A DNA stretch of 64,000 nt from a virus (Duplodnaviria > Caudoviricetes): IMG/VR virus record IMGVR_UViG_3300029288_000063, positions 32,001 to 96,000 of that record. The stretch is one strand, 5' to 3'. The position numbers and the translations under genes are program-made. Position 1 is the stretch's first letter. The number at the start of each line of letters is the position of its first letter. Shown here in pieces: positions 54,957-64,000 of this stretch. The notes beneath the pieces are model-generated. The model worked only from the letters and a program-made list of their open reading frames with translations, was not told the DNA's origin and ran no database searches.

Positions 54957-57900
54957 ATGGCCAAGCGGAAAGTAAGCGCGAAATCCGAACCGGTTGTTGC
55001 CGCCTCGAAAGACGGCATTATACGTGTGCCAGTAACGAGTGCGTCGGCACGGACAGGTAAGGTTGACCCGGTGAAAACGAAGATTGCCGCGAAGCAGGAG
55101 CGGTTCCAGCGTATCGCGTCCGGCGTTGCAAATGGGATGTATCGTGAGGCAGGCATGATGATGTCCACCTCGCCGAATGCAACCGGCACGTGGGGTTCAG
55201 GTAGCCTTCCTGCGTTCCGAACGTCCTATGCGTCGGGAAACACGATGGTCGGAGGTGGAACGACAGATATTCCGCCGTACTTCCAAATCATGAACGACAA
55301 AAACGGCGGGTTGATTTACTGGCCGGTATCGTTGCGTGAGAAGTATGAGTGGTATCGATATTGGGCGAGGTGCTTCACAAACCCCAACGTCATGATTACA
55401 CGAGAAGATGGAACAGAAGCACCGCTGTGCTCTTTCAAAAAGGGTGATCGGGTTATCAACGGAATCGGCGGGGTTACTGAGGTTTCAGAGGTAACGACTC
55501 AAAAATATGAGGGTGCTGTTGTTCGCCTTGATGTCGAGGCTAATCGGTGGAACGATATTGAGACGACACCAGAACATCCATTTTTTGTTCTTCGTTCTGA
55601 GAATGTTTGTCGGCACCACAACCGGATTACAGACGAGGACGGTGTGGAGCATCGCAAGACGAGCGTTGAGATTAACTTTTTGCCGGAGTGGGTTGAGGCG
55701 AAGGATATTCGTGTTGGGGATATGTTGATTGTTCCTTCAACGAGTAAATCCTTCGAGTCAGTTATGTCTGTTGAGCGTGCGAGGCTTGTTGGTTATTATG
55801 CGGCAGAGGGCAATGTAAACTTTGATCGAAACGGAGAACCAGAAGCTGTCACGTGGAGCCTTGGGACTCACGAGGACGATTTGATCGAAGAGATAAAGAG
55901 CCTGTGCGTTACAGAGCTTGGTTGTGTTCCTTCCACTTACAATTACCCAGAACGTGAGTCTTGTACCTCTCTGAGGGTGTGGGATAGGGAATTTGCAAAA
56001 TGGGTCGTTGAAAACTGCGGGGTTGGTTCTCATTCCAAGAAGTTTTCTCGGCTCATTTTTGAGGCGGACGATGAGACTGTTCGCCATATTGTTGGCTGCT
56101 GGTTGAACGGTGATGGAAATCGGGACGATGCGGAGGCTGAAGGTCAGGTTGATGGGACAACCTGTTCGTTTGATATGGCAAACCAATTGTTCCTGATGAT
56201 GGTGCGAGTTGGACTTGCGCCAGCTAAAAGGGTGAAAGATGTGACGGTTTTTGGTTGCGGAGAGAAGTCTGGAAACAAGGCTTGTCGAATCTTTTTGCCT
56301 CCGATGTTTGCCAACAAGATCGTTGAGTACTTCAAGTGGGATGGGTGTGTGAAGTCTCATCGTCATCGAAAGTACAACCACGATGGGAACATGTTGTTGC
56401 CAGTTCGAGGGATAAAGCTTCGTGAGTTTTCTGGTGTTATTTGGAACCTCTCAACGAGTGGCTCTTCGTACGAAGAACGCACTTTCTTGGTTCACGGGAT
56501 GGTCACCCACAACACTGACGCCTTTATTGGGCGCGGGTTGGAGCTTCTGGCCGACCTTCCAATGTCACGCATCTCTTTAAACATGCCGAAGATGGAGAAG
56601 AAGCCCAAAAAGCTCCGCGATGAGATTTACGCCTTCTTCACGGGGATGTGCGAGAACATCGGGCTGTTTCGCAGGTTGCAGGAAAACCTGTGGGAGTACA
56701 ACCTGATTGGGAACGTGTACATCTATCACGAATGGAACAGCAAGCGCAAGATGTGGGAGCGCATCGTGACGTTGCCGCCTGAAGAGGTGAGTGTTTTTCA
56801 GTATCCTTTCCAAGACAACGCTCGCGTTGAATACCGTCCGGAGGCACTCATGCGGGTTGTTCAAGCCGCAGATGCTGGCAATATGGATGGTGATGATATC
56901 TCTCAAAGAATATTTGCCGGTATTCCGAAGGATGTCGCAGAGATGATTCGTGGGCAGGGATGCGTGATCTTTGATAGCTCACCTATTATTGATAGCAAGG
57001 TTGGGTCGTTTGTTTACCATATGGCAAGGCGTCGGTCGCCATATCTTGACCTCGGGGCTTCTGTGTTGGAGCGTGTTCTTGTTCCAATGCTGATGAAGGA
57101 GCACTTCCGCTATACCCAGCTTGGTTTGGCGTCGCGTAATATGACTCCGAAAAATAAGGTTTCCGCTCCGGGGTTGACACAGCCTGAGCTTGACGACCTT
57201 CGGATGCAGATGGATTTGTCCTATATGGACCCCGATTATTCCATCGTGACCAACTACGATTGGGACTGGGAACAGATTGGTGCCGACGGACGTTTGCTTG
57301 ATTTGCAGGGCGAATATGAAGCTATTGAAAATCAGGTGTTTTCGGCTATGGGTGTGACACGTGAATTGATGACGGGTGAAGGCTCGTGGTCAGGCAACCG
57401 CGTCACCATCGAGATTATCAACACAATGTTCCTCCTGACCCGTGAGATGCTTCGTGAGTATGTAGAGAACTTTTTGTTTCGCCCTGTAGCCATTGCACAT
57501 GGATGGTATGAAGAGGACAAGAATGGTGTCAGGGAATACTGGTATCCGAAGCTTGGGTTCAATCGCCTGTCAATTCGTGATAATTCGGAAGTTTTTGACA
57601 GTCTCTTCCAGCTCTACATGAAGGGTTCTGTCCCGGTCGATGTTATGTACGAGCTGTTCAACCTCGACCCGGAAGCCATGCATGAAAAAATGCACTCTGA
57701 TGTGTTTACGTTGAAAGATTCAACATTCAACCGGCTTCTGGAAGAGGTCAACTTTTCTGTTGGTCAAAAAATTGTTGAATCGACTGACGTTATGCAGAGG
57801 GTTGCTGATTACCTTGGTTTGAAGGTTTCGGACAATCCTCCTGCCAGTGATGAAGATGGTGGATTCGGCGGTGGTGGGTTTGATGGTGGCTTTGAATCCG

Positions 57901-58037
57901 GTGGGGGTGAAGAACAGCCGGAGACCCAAGAAGAATCCGCCCCCGAGGAAAGTGCGAGTGAGCCGGATGAGGAGTCTGTCGGTCTTGATGACTTGTCGAG
58001 CTTGTCGGATGTTTTGCTTGATAATAACGAGGAGTGA
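54957..58037 (+). CDS. Probable portal protein with LAGLIDADG intein
   Basis: Downstream of terL; ~645-aa extein with WEYNLIGNVYIY, GASVLER and IENQVFSAMGV portal-like blocks; acidic tail. Confidence 0.72.
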   Translation: MAKRKVSAKSEPVVAASKDGIIRVPVTSASARTGKVDPVKTKIAAKQERFQRIASGVANGMYREAGMMMSTSPNATGTWGSGSLPAFRTSYASGNTMVGGGTTDIPPYFQIMNDKNGGLIYWPVSLREKYEWYRYWARCFTNPNVMITREDGTEAPLCSFKKGDRVINGIGGVTEVSEVTTQKYEGAVVRLDVEANRWNDIETTPEHPFFVLRSENVCRHHNRITDEDGVEHRKTSVEINFLPEWVEAKDIRVGDMLIVPSTSKSFESVMSVERARLVGYYAAEGNVNFDRNGEPEAVTWSLGTHEDDLIEEIKSLCVTELGCVPSTYNYPERESCTSLRVWDREFAKWVVENCGVGSHSKKFSRLIFEADDETVRHIVGCWLNGDGNRDDAEAEGQVDGTTCSFDMANQLFLMMVRVGLAPAKRVKDVTVFGCGEKSGNKACRIFLPPMFANKIVEYFKWDGCVKSHRHRKYNHDGNMLLPVRGIKLREFSGVIWNLSTSGSSYEERTFLVHGMVTHNTDAFIGRGLELLADLPMSRISLNMPKMEKKPKKLRDEIYAFFTGMCENIGLFRRLQENLWEYNLIGNVYIYHEWNSKRKMWERIVTLPPEEVSVFQYPFQDNARVEYRPEALMRVVQAADAGNMDGDDISQRIFAGIPKDVAEMIRGQGCVIFDSSPIIDSKVGSFVYHMARRRSPYLDLGASVLERVLVPMLMKEHFRYTQLGLASRNMTPKNKVSAPGLTQPELDDLRMQMDLSYMDPDYSIVTNYDWDWEQIGADGRLLDLQGEYEAIENQVFSAMGVTRELMTGEGSWSGNRVTIEIINTMFLLTREMLREYVENFLFRPVAIAHGWYEEDKNGVREYWYPKLGFNRLSIRDNSEVFDSLFQLYMKGSVPVDVMYELFNLDPEAMHEKMHSDVFTLKDSTFNRLLEEVNFSVGQKIVESTDVMQRVADYLGLKVSDNPPASDEDGGFGGGGFDGGFESGGGEEQPETQEESAPEESASEPDEESVGLDDLSSLSDVLLDNNEE
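55371..56513 (+). mobile_element. Cis-splicing intein with LAGLIDADG endonuclease (381 aa)
   Basis: CFTNP...TPEHPF...GYYAAEG...GCWLNGDG...IWNL...VTHN|T. Confidence 0.92.
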
Positions 58038-60004
58038 CAATGTTTAGCTCTGTGTCGGTTGACAGCATGATTCGTGCCGAGATTGAAGCGGTGCGAATTG
58101 CCCAAAACCCTTTCGCGGAAGGCGTCTTGATTGAGGCGCGTTCGGTTGTTGCGCAGGGTGGTGTTGACCTTGATACGGAAATCACTGAGGAAAACCTTGA
58201 CGACGTTATCAAGAAGATGACGGAGTTTGCCGGTAACGTGGACGTCGAGCTTTCAGAAGACGACGTATCAGACGAATCTGAGAAGCCAGAAAAACCCGCA
58301 AAGACCGAGAAATCCGAACCATCTCCAGAAGTAGAGAGTTCAGCCATTGACCCGCTGGATGTTGCAAGTCGAGCTGTGGATATGGTTTTGGAGATTCTGA
58401 AAACACCTTCCACCCGAGTGGCGTCTGCCGTTGCAGATGTTGTGTTGGCGACTGAGCTTATTGAGTCGAAATCGTCGGAGAAGTCAAAACAATGGTTCCG
58501 TAGTCTTTCGGATGAGGCACAGAAGAGTTTCTGTGAACGTTCCCCGGACTCTGAGTTGTGTGGAGGCAACGGAGCCGGGAAGAAGCAGAAGTCAGAAAAG
58601 CCATCAAAACAACAAAAAACTCCCGAGGAGCAACCTCAACAAGCTCCGGAACCCGTTTCACAAGACGGTATTCATCCAAGTCAGTTGGGTGATGGTCCGT
58701 TTGATTTTGAGTCCCGGAAGGAAAAGCCGCTCTCTGAAAAACAGCACAAGAAGATCATGGATGGTGGCGGCGTTGCTCTGATTCTGTCACAAATGAGAAA
58801 CGAATTCCAAAGGGCAGGTCAGGGTGCGATTTTTGACAAACGAATCGGACAGGGTGTTTTGTCGCAGGGTGACGTGACGTCCATTCAGAAGGCAGTCATG
58901 GATTCGTCGGAAGGTAATAAGTACGACCCTGAAAAGGCTTTGAAGGCTGTTACAGCCTATCTGTTTAAGCCCGCCGGTGATGCTCAAAAACCGACAAAGA
59001 AAAAACCTGTAAAGGAAGCTCCGGTCGAAAAGACGGAGACTCCGATTAAGGAATCACCGTCAGAGAAAACAGAAACCCCGACCGAGAAGGCTCCTGAAAA
59101 GAAAGAGGAGCCGAAAAAGACTGAGTCGCCATATGGTGACGCGAAGTCACAGGGACAACATGAACTTGTGTCCAAGGACAACCCCCTGAACTTTTCGGAT
59201 AAGGATGGGATGAAGTCTCGTGGTTTTCGTGAGCCGAAGCCGGGTAGTCCAAATTTATCGGACGAATCGGTACTCATCAATCCGAATTCCGGAGAAAAGT
59301 TCCGATTCGGTGACTTGCCGAAGCAGACTCAAGAAAAAATCCGGCAGATAGTCGAGAAAAAGGGCGCATGGCTTGCCCCCAAAAAGCAGTCTGAACCGAA
59401 GAAGGAAGAAAAGCCCGAGGAACCCAAAAGCGAGAAGCCGGAAGAAAAACCGGAATCTTCTGCCGGTGATGTTTTGTCAGAGACGAAGTCTAAGTCTGTC
59501 GGGAAGTCATTGGCCAAGTCTGTTGCGAAGTCGATTGGGAAGAACGTTGGTGGTTTTGCGAAGGCCGTCAAGAAGTTCATCAAAAAGACGGACGCCGCGT
59601 TTATCAAGAAATATGTCGGGACGAAGAAAACAGTGCGTGAACTTTTGCGGGATGTGATTGATAGTGCGAAAGAGTCATATGCCGATTCAGAGGCAAAGAC
59701 GTCGTCTGTTAAGACAGCCTCGGTTGTTGATGAGTTGGTTGTTGCAATGATTGCCGATAGGATTGTTTTGGCTGCCCGTGGGCTTCAGGTAAGGCGTAAG
59801 GACAAAGACCTGATGCGTGATACCGGCGGAACATCGAAGAACAGACCGAGACAGCCGTTGGACAAACCTCCGCGTGATGACCTCCGTAACCGTTTGTCGC
59901 CCAAACGGAAGCCGTCGTCCGACAAGGACAAAGATACAGATTTGAATCCGGATAAAAAGGCCGGAGAGGAAGATGACAACGAAGAAGCCATGATTTTGAT
60001 GTAG
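58034..60004 (+). CDS. Large, largely disordered K/E/P-rich protein (putative head/scaffold-associated)
   Basis: Coupled to portal; low-complexity tracts; degenerate tag IADRIVLAARGL. Confidence 0.7.
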   Translation: MTMFSSVSVDSMIRAEIEAVRIAQNPFAEGVLIEARSVVAQGGVDLDTEITEENLDDVIKKMTEFAGNVDVELSEDDVSDESEKPEKPAKTEKSEPSPEVESSAIDPLDVASRAVDMVLEILKTPSTRVASAVADVVLATELIESKSSEKSKQWFRSLSDEAQKSFCERSPDSELCGGNGAGKKQKSEKPSKQQKTPEEQPQQAPEPVSQDGIHPSQLGDGPFDFESRKEKPLSEKQHKKIMDGGGVALILSQMRNEFQRAGQGAIFDKRIGQGVLSQGDVTSIQKAVMDSSEGNKYDPEKALKAVTAYLFKPAGDAQKPTKKKPVKEAPVEKTETPIKESPSEKTETPTEKAPEKKEEPKKTESPYGDAKSQGQHELVSKDNPLNFSDKDGMKSRGFREPKPGSPNLSDESVLINPNSGEKFRFGDLPKQTQEKIRQIVEKKGAWLAPKKQSEPKKEEKPEEPKSEKPEEKPESSAGDVLSETKSKSVGKSLAKSVAKSIGKNVGGFAKAVKKFIKKTDAAFIKKYVGTKKTVRELLRDVIDSAKESYADSEAKTSSVKTASVVDELVVAMIADRIVLAARGLQVRRKDKDLMRDTGGTSKNRPRQPLDKPPRDDLRNRLSPKRKPSSDKDKDTDLNPDKKAGEEDDNEEAMILM

Positions 60005-60012
60005 GAGATTTT

Positions 60013-60291
60013 ATGAACTCAGAAAGGCTCGCTCACATGGTAGACAGGGTTGCGGGTTTGGAAGATGCCCCCGGTGGTACGAAAGATCCCGTGGAGGTTG
60101 TTGACGAATCTGTGGACAACATTATTGCCGCCATAGAGGCAATCGGCGAAGCCTTGCCTCAGGTTGACGTGTCATCTGCCGAGGAATCTGCGGCTGTTGA
60201 GAAAATAAAAGACCTGATGGAAACGGCAATCGCCCCGTATATGGTTGATGTTGCGAAGGCTATGGATGTGTTTGTTGGTAGCGAAGAGTAG
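60013..60291 (+). CDS. Small acidic helical protein
   Basis: AGGAG RBS; N-terminal MVDRVAG. Confidence 0.7.
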   Translation: MNSERLAHMVDRVAGLEDAPGGTKDPVEVVDESVDNIIAAIEAIGEALPQVDVSSAEESAAVEKIKDLMETAIAPYMVDVAKAMDVFVGSEE

Positions 60292-60364
60292 CGGGTTTAA
60301 AATATTTTATATCTGCTAATAGTTATGTGGAGAATGTATCACCAACTACAAAAGGAGAGACAAG

Positions 60365-60586
60365 ATGGGTACTTATAGGAAAAATCCCGATTTGAAGTCT
60401 GACGAAGAACTCTTGGCATCACAAACTGCTGGTGGAATCCGTGTTTATGAAGGTCCAAGAGTCGTCGATATTCGCCGTGCGAATGGTGGTGGAGCGTATA
60501 AGGTTATTGGTCGTGCGTCTGCTAATACTGGTGTTGCCATGTCGCATCAGGATTCTGCGTTGATTCGGCGTAAGCCCGGAGAGTGA
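60365..60586 (+). CDS. Hypothetical protein
   Basis: AGGAG RBS; hairpin overlapping its stop. Confidence 0.65.
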   Translation: MGTYRKNPDLKSDEELLASQTAGGIRVYEGPRVVDIRRANGGGAYKVIGRASANTGVAMSHQDSALIRRKPGE

Positions 60587-60656
60587 CTCCGGGCTACGGT
60601 ATGTTGTTGTTTTGTATCAAGATACAGTGTCCGCACAGATTATAAGGTAGAAAACC

Positions 60657-61451
60657 ATGAAACGTCGTGTTGCTAAAGAAATCCTTCGCATAGCGAAGTC
60701 CATCGTGTCTGGTGCATCTGAGTTTTCCGTGCTTATTCACGAGTCTGATGCCAAGAAGGCATTTGATAAGGCGGTTTCATATGCGCAGTACGATGCAGGT
60801 CATGGTGGGTATACCGGAACGATTGCAGAGAAGGCCGGGTATGGTTTCAAAATCGTATCTGAACCTGTGCCGCCCTCCGTTGCTAAATCAATAGCGCGTG
60901 AAAAGATGGACGACAACGACAAGTGGGGTCCTGCGTTTGCCATTCCGGTTACAGATGATTATGAGGTCAAGATTGTTCCTGTGAAGTTGAAAGTCGAGGC
61001 GGATTCATCTGAGGACGCCGTGAAGTTGGTCTTTCAGAAGATTCAAGAGAAGTATCGTAAGTTTGAAGTGTCGTGGAAAGAAAAACCACAAACCACTGTG
61101 TTGAAACCGACTCGTTGGGACATAAAGGTGACGAAGAAAACAGCACCCAAGTTGGTGCCAGAGTTTGGATTCACACTGGACCGGCCGTTTCGTGGTTCCA
61201 AAAACATGAGGACACCCAAGGAAGCAATTGATGGGGCGAAGCGCCTCATTGAAGAGTTGGTGAAGGGTGGTGGTGAGCTTCCGGAATCTGTGAAGTTTTT
61301 TGTGTCGGCTCGTCCTGTTGAGTTTATGCTTGGAGAGGTTTCCAACAAGGGCGGAAAGAAGTCAACCTTTGAGGTGGTGGGTAATGTTTCTGTCTTGTTG
61401 AAGTCGAATCTCGTGAAGAGCTATTTGTTCTTTGGTTTGGCCGCTGACTGA
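60657..61451 (+). CDS. Hypothetical protein with N-terminal tag (VAKEILRIAKSIVS)
   Basis: GHGGYTGTIAEK...DKWGPA...FFGLA block. Confidence 0.75.
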   Translation: MKRRVAKEILRIAKSIVSGASEFSVLIHESDAKKAFDKAVSYAQYDAGHGGYTGTIAEKAGYGFKIVSEPVPPSVAKSIAREKMDDNDKWGPAFAIPVTDDYEVKIVPVKLKVEADSSEDAVKLVFQKIQEKYRKFEVSWKEKPQTTVLKPTRWDIKVTKKTAPKLVPEFGFTLDRPFRGSKNMRTPKEAIDGAKRLIEELVKGGGELPESVKFFVSARPVEFMLGEVSNKGGKKSTFEVVGNVSVLLKSNLVKSYLFFGLAAD

Positions 61452-61458
61452 GGTTTGT

Positions 61459-61782
61459 ATGGCACTATCATTTCCATACCCTGTGTCCGGTGGTGAGGTG
61501 CGCGATGCCGGAAATGGCTGCATCGCGTCGTGTGTCCATCGTATGTATTGTCCGGCTTTTTATTGGTTGGCGCGTTATCAAAACCGGCAAGACATTCGGT
61601 CGTCATCGTTGGGAACGAATTGTGCGGCGTGGTCCGACAACCCGGCTGACCGCATAATTGGAAACACCCCGGATGATATTGCCCAAAACGAGCGTCTGAA
61701 TGACGATGGTATTTTGACAGAGACAGATACCGGTGGAATAATAGAGCCAGTAACCGGCGGGCGTTGGCGGGACGAATCGTGA
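61459..61782 (+). CDS. Cys-containing hypothetical protein
   Basis: GAGG RBS. Confidence 0.6.
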   Translation: MALSFPYPVSGGEVRDAGNGCIASCVHRMYCPAFYWLARYQNRQDIRSSSLGTNCAAWSDNPADRIIGNTPDDIAQNERLNDDGILTETDTGGIIEPVTGGRWRDES

Positions 61783-61988
61783 AGATTGCCTGTTCGTGCG
61801 GTATTGACGACGAGTTTCTCGAAAAACACACCCTGAGAAACGAGTCGCATGCTGGTGTCGAGTCGTTGGCGGACGCCGCGAAGGAGCTTTTGTCTGTAGC
61901 GGAGCTTCTGGTTGGTGAGCCTGTGATCGATTACTCCAAGTATTTGAATCATACACCGTCTATGGGTGGTGAGTATTATGCCTCGTGA
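61779..61988 (+). CDS. Small protein with internal tag (AAKELLSVAELLVG)
   Basis: GTGA coupling. Confidence 0.5.
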   Translation: MKIACSCGIDDEFLEKHTLRNESHAGVESLADAAKELLSVAELLVGEPVIDYSKYLNHTPSMGGEYYAS

Positions 61989-62427
61989 TGTGAAGTTTGA
62001 TAGGGCAGCATGGGTTGCGGCAATGGAGAAAAAGGCTCCAAAGCGTCGTGCTGTGAGAACTCGGGTCAAACCCGGTGAATTGCGTGGGACGCTTGGTGCG
62101 TCGCGGAATTTCCGCTTGGTTATTCGCGAATCAGCGTTGCGTCAGGTATTGGTTATGATTACCTACAAAAAAACTTCGACAGATGTGACTAATAAATACT
62201 TAGTTGAACCATATAGTTACCGTTCTAGGAAGTTAAAGGTCGGGCGCAGGAAAATGTTGTTTGCGTACGATACGCACAAATTGCCGAACCCGGACAGCAA
62301 CCGCTCAAAAGCGGAAGCGTTACGATCCAAAAAACCGTCTATCAAGGGTTTTGCAATGAGCAATATCAAAAAAGCCGTTATTACGGACACCAAGTTCCGC
62401 CCCCGGTGGCCGGTCGAGATTCGCTAA
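61978..62427 (+). CDS. WYL-domain-like protein
   Basis: ITYKK...VEPYS...LFAYD...KGFAMSNI. Confidence 0.65.
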   Translation: MPRDVKFDRAAWVAAMEKKAPKRRAVRTRVKPGELRGTLGASRNFRLVIRESALRQVLVMITYKKTSTDVTNKYLVEPYSYRSRKLKVGRRKMLFAYDTHKLPNPDSNRSKAEALRSKKPSIKGFAMSNIKKAVITDTKFRPRWPVEIR

Positions 62428-62513
62428 TTCAACTCTTGTATATTTTTTTTATACTGAACTTTTGTCTGAGGGACACCTTAAACAAATGTCCTTGATGTTT
62501 CGTTTTTTTTTGG

Positions 62514-63191
62514 ATGGATGGGTCGACCATGATGAGACGAGGGACGCTTGAAAGCTTGCTGTCTAATCCTTCAGTTTTAACTGACCGATTTTTGGAAATG
62601 ACCCGGATTTTTCGTCCGGGTGATGTCGTTGAAAGTGCCTTAACACCGGGATTGAATTATGGTGTGGTCGAGGATGTAAACGACAAAACTCGCAAAGTCA
62701 TGGTGGTGTGGAATAGCGGGATTCAAGACCAAGTTGACCAAAATGACATTCAGCTTGTTCCAAATATTCGTCCAGAGATTGAAGACCGCATTCGTGCCGC
62801 TCTCCTTCCGCTGAATGGACGTCGTATGGCGGGTGATCAAGAAGACGCAATTATTCCACCTAACTACATATCAGATCCAGACTTACACGGCATAACAGAA
62901 AGTCGTGGTGGTGGGTTCTCTATTATGCAAAACCTGCAAGAAGACCTCCACAAAGAGAGCATTGAAGACGCGAAGACGGGCAGCGTTGATGGGATGCGTT
63001 CCCGGCGTGCTGTTTACCACAAGCAACGTGGCAGGGTGTACCAGCGTTCCCGAGTTGAGGTTGAAAACGAAACCCTGAGGTGTCCTCGCTGCGGCGAGGA
63101 TGGTATGGAGAAAGAATCGTACACGAAGGGTATTTATATGTTTCGTTGTCCGTCTTGTGGTTGGAAAATCACTACAGACAAATTGTTGTAG
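62514..63191 (+). CDS. Hypothetical protein with C-terminal Zn ribbon
   Basis: CPRC...CPSC. Confidence 0.7.
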   Translation: MDGSTMMRRGTLESLLSNPSVLTDRFLEMTRIFRPGDVVESALTPGLNYGVVEDVNDKTRKVMVVWNSGIQDQVDQNDIQLVPNIRPEIEDRIRAALLPLNGRRMAGDQEDAIIPPNYISDPDLHGITESRGGGFSIMQNLQEDLHKESIEDAKTGSVDGMRSRRAVYHKQRGRVYQRSRVEVENETLRCPRCGEDGMEKESYTKGIYMFRCPSCGWKITTDKLL

Positions 63192-63203
63192 GAGGGTGAA
63201 ACC

Positions 63204-63464
63204 ATGTGTGACAAGAGTGAATATGACCGGGATGTTTCAAGTGTCACATCCGGCGTGAAGGAAATCGTTGGAATCCTGAAGCCGTTTTTGGTCGCCGCTC
63301 TGATTATCGTTGCTGGTGTTTTGCAGTATAAGGGGTTAATCGACTCGGCGACGTTCAATTTGATTATCTCTGTTCTTGGTGGAGGTGTTGTGGCGTCTGT
63401 TCAGACTGCCCAGCGTCGTCTTGAACGGAAAACGGACAGGGCTATTCGGTCGCTTGGGAAGTGA
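63204..63464 (+). CDS. Small 2-TM membrane protein (holin-like)
   Basis: Two hydrophobic helices and a basic C-terminal tail. Confidence 0.5.
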   Translation: MCDKSEYDRDVSSVTSGVKEIVGILKPFLVAALIIVAGVLQYKGLIDSATFNLIISVLGGGVVASVQTAQRRLERKTDRAIRSLGK

Positions 63465-63511
63465 ATCTGTTTGTGTTGGTTTTCGTTTAACGAAAAGAAG
63501 AGGGTAGGAAT

Positions 63512-64000
63512 ATGAATCGAGAGATGATTGCCAAGCAACTGGTTGTTCTTGCGAAAGAGTTGATGGGTTCAGGAGCCGATGCCGGTCGTGATATGATTCG
63601 TTCGGCGAAGAAGGTGTTGGAGCTGCGTGCACGTCGCGCCCAGATGGTTGTTGCGTCTGAAAAGGCGAGCTACAATCGCTATGCCGCCCGTCAGGTTCTT
63701 GCTTTCAACGTTCCACAGAAAGCCGAAACCCTCGCCAAGATGATGAAGGTTCACGGGTTCACCATCAACGACGATGGGAAGATTGCCTATTGGCCGTTTG
63801 GTGCCGGTGGGATGATTGATTACTCCAAGCAGCCGACCACTGTCGGTGGCGGCGTGTCATACAACGACTTTCCGACTGCGATTCGTCAGATGCAGCACAT
63901 GGTGACGGGTGCTGACGAAGAGATTGCCAAGATGCGCGAGCTATTGGATGCGACCGCACGTTTCCGGAAAGACATTCGCGAATCTGCCGGTACTCCGGAC
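63512..64000 (+). CDS. Hypothetical protein with N-terminal tag (IAKQLVVLAKELMG); runs off the window end
   Basis: AGGA RBS; open from ATG 63512 to 64000 without a stop; absent from the ORF track. Confidence 0.7.
   Translation, partial: MNREMIAKQLVVLAKELMGSGADAGRDMIRSAKKVLELRARRAQMVVASEKASYNRYAARQVLAFNVPQKAETLAKMMKVHGFTINDDGKIAYWPFGAGGMIDYSKQPTTVGGGVSYNDFPTAIRQMQHMVTGADEEIAKMRELLDATARFRKDIRESAGTPD

Noticed and set aside
1-64000. Stop-codon reassignment, as seen in some huge phages
   Set aside because: TAA, TAG and TGA all terminate intact genes, and coding density is high in the standard code.

Overview
This is a 64 kb segment of a large tailed-phage (jumbo/huge-phage-like) genome. Essentially all credible genes are on the + strand in the standard genetic code. 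Left part (1-27 kb), mostly accessory genes: a radical SAM gene fractured by a naturally split intein with a free-standing HNH endonuclease between the halves, a C5 DNA methyltransferase, three 'FVSNSSS' paralogues, a second radical SAM, GIY-YIG and PD-(D/E)XK nucleases, a 3D-domain muralytic protein, a CobS/CobT-like pair, an intein-containing MoxR-like AAA+ ATPase and an IscS cysteine desulfurase. Several operons here have a recurring sigma28-like promoter (YCAG-N15-CCGAT). Middle (27-48 kb): many small proteins, an RNA-repair-like cluster (2H phosphoesterase, CCA-adding enzyme, structured ncRNAs, a CAU tRNA with a long variable arm, Ro60/TROVE), ClpP, a two-component system, a vWA metallopeptidase, and NusG-like and sigma-like regulators. 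Right (48-64 kb): terminase large subunit, topoisomerase IB, an intein-containing probable portal and putative head proteins. The most striking unexplained signal is a 14-aa amphipathic helix, [VIL]-A-x-E-[LIM]-[LVIM]-x-[LVIM]-A-[RK]-x-L-[VLIM]-[SAG]. It is carried by at least 13 otherwise unrelated proteins, all at >27.9 kb, including the CCA-adding enzyme and topoisomerase IB. It is a candidate portable capsid-targeting/processing tag defining a virion-packaged cargo system. All calls come from reading motifs by eye; no database searches were run.
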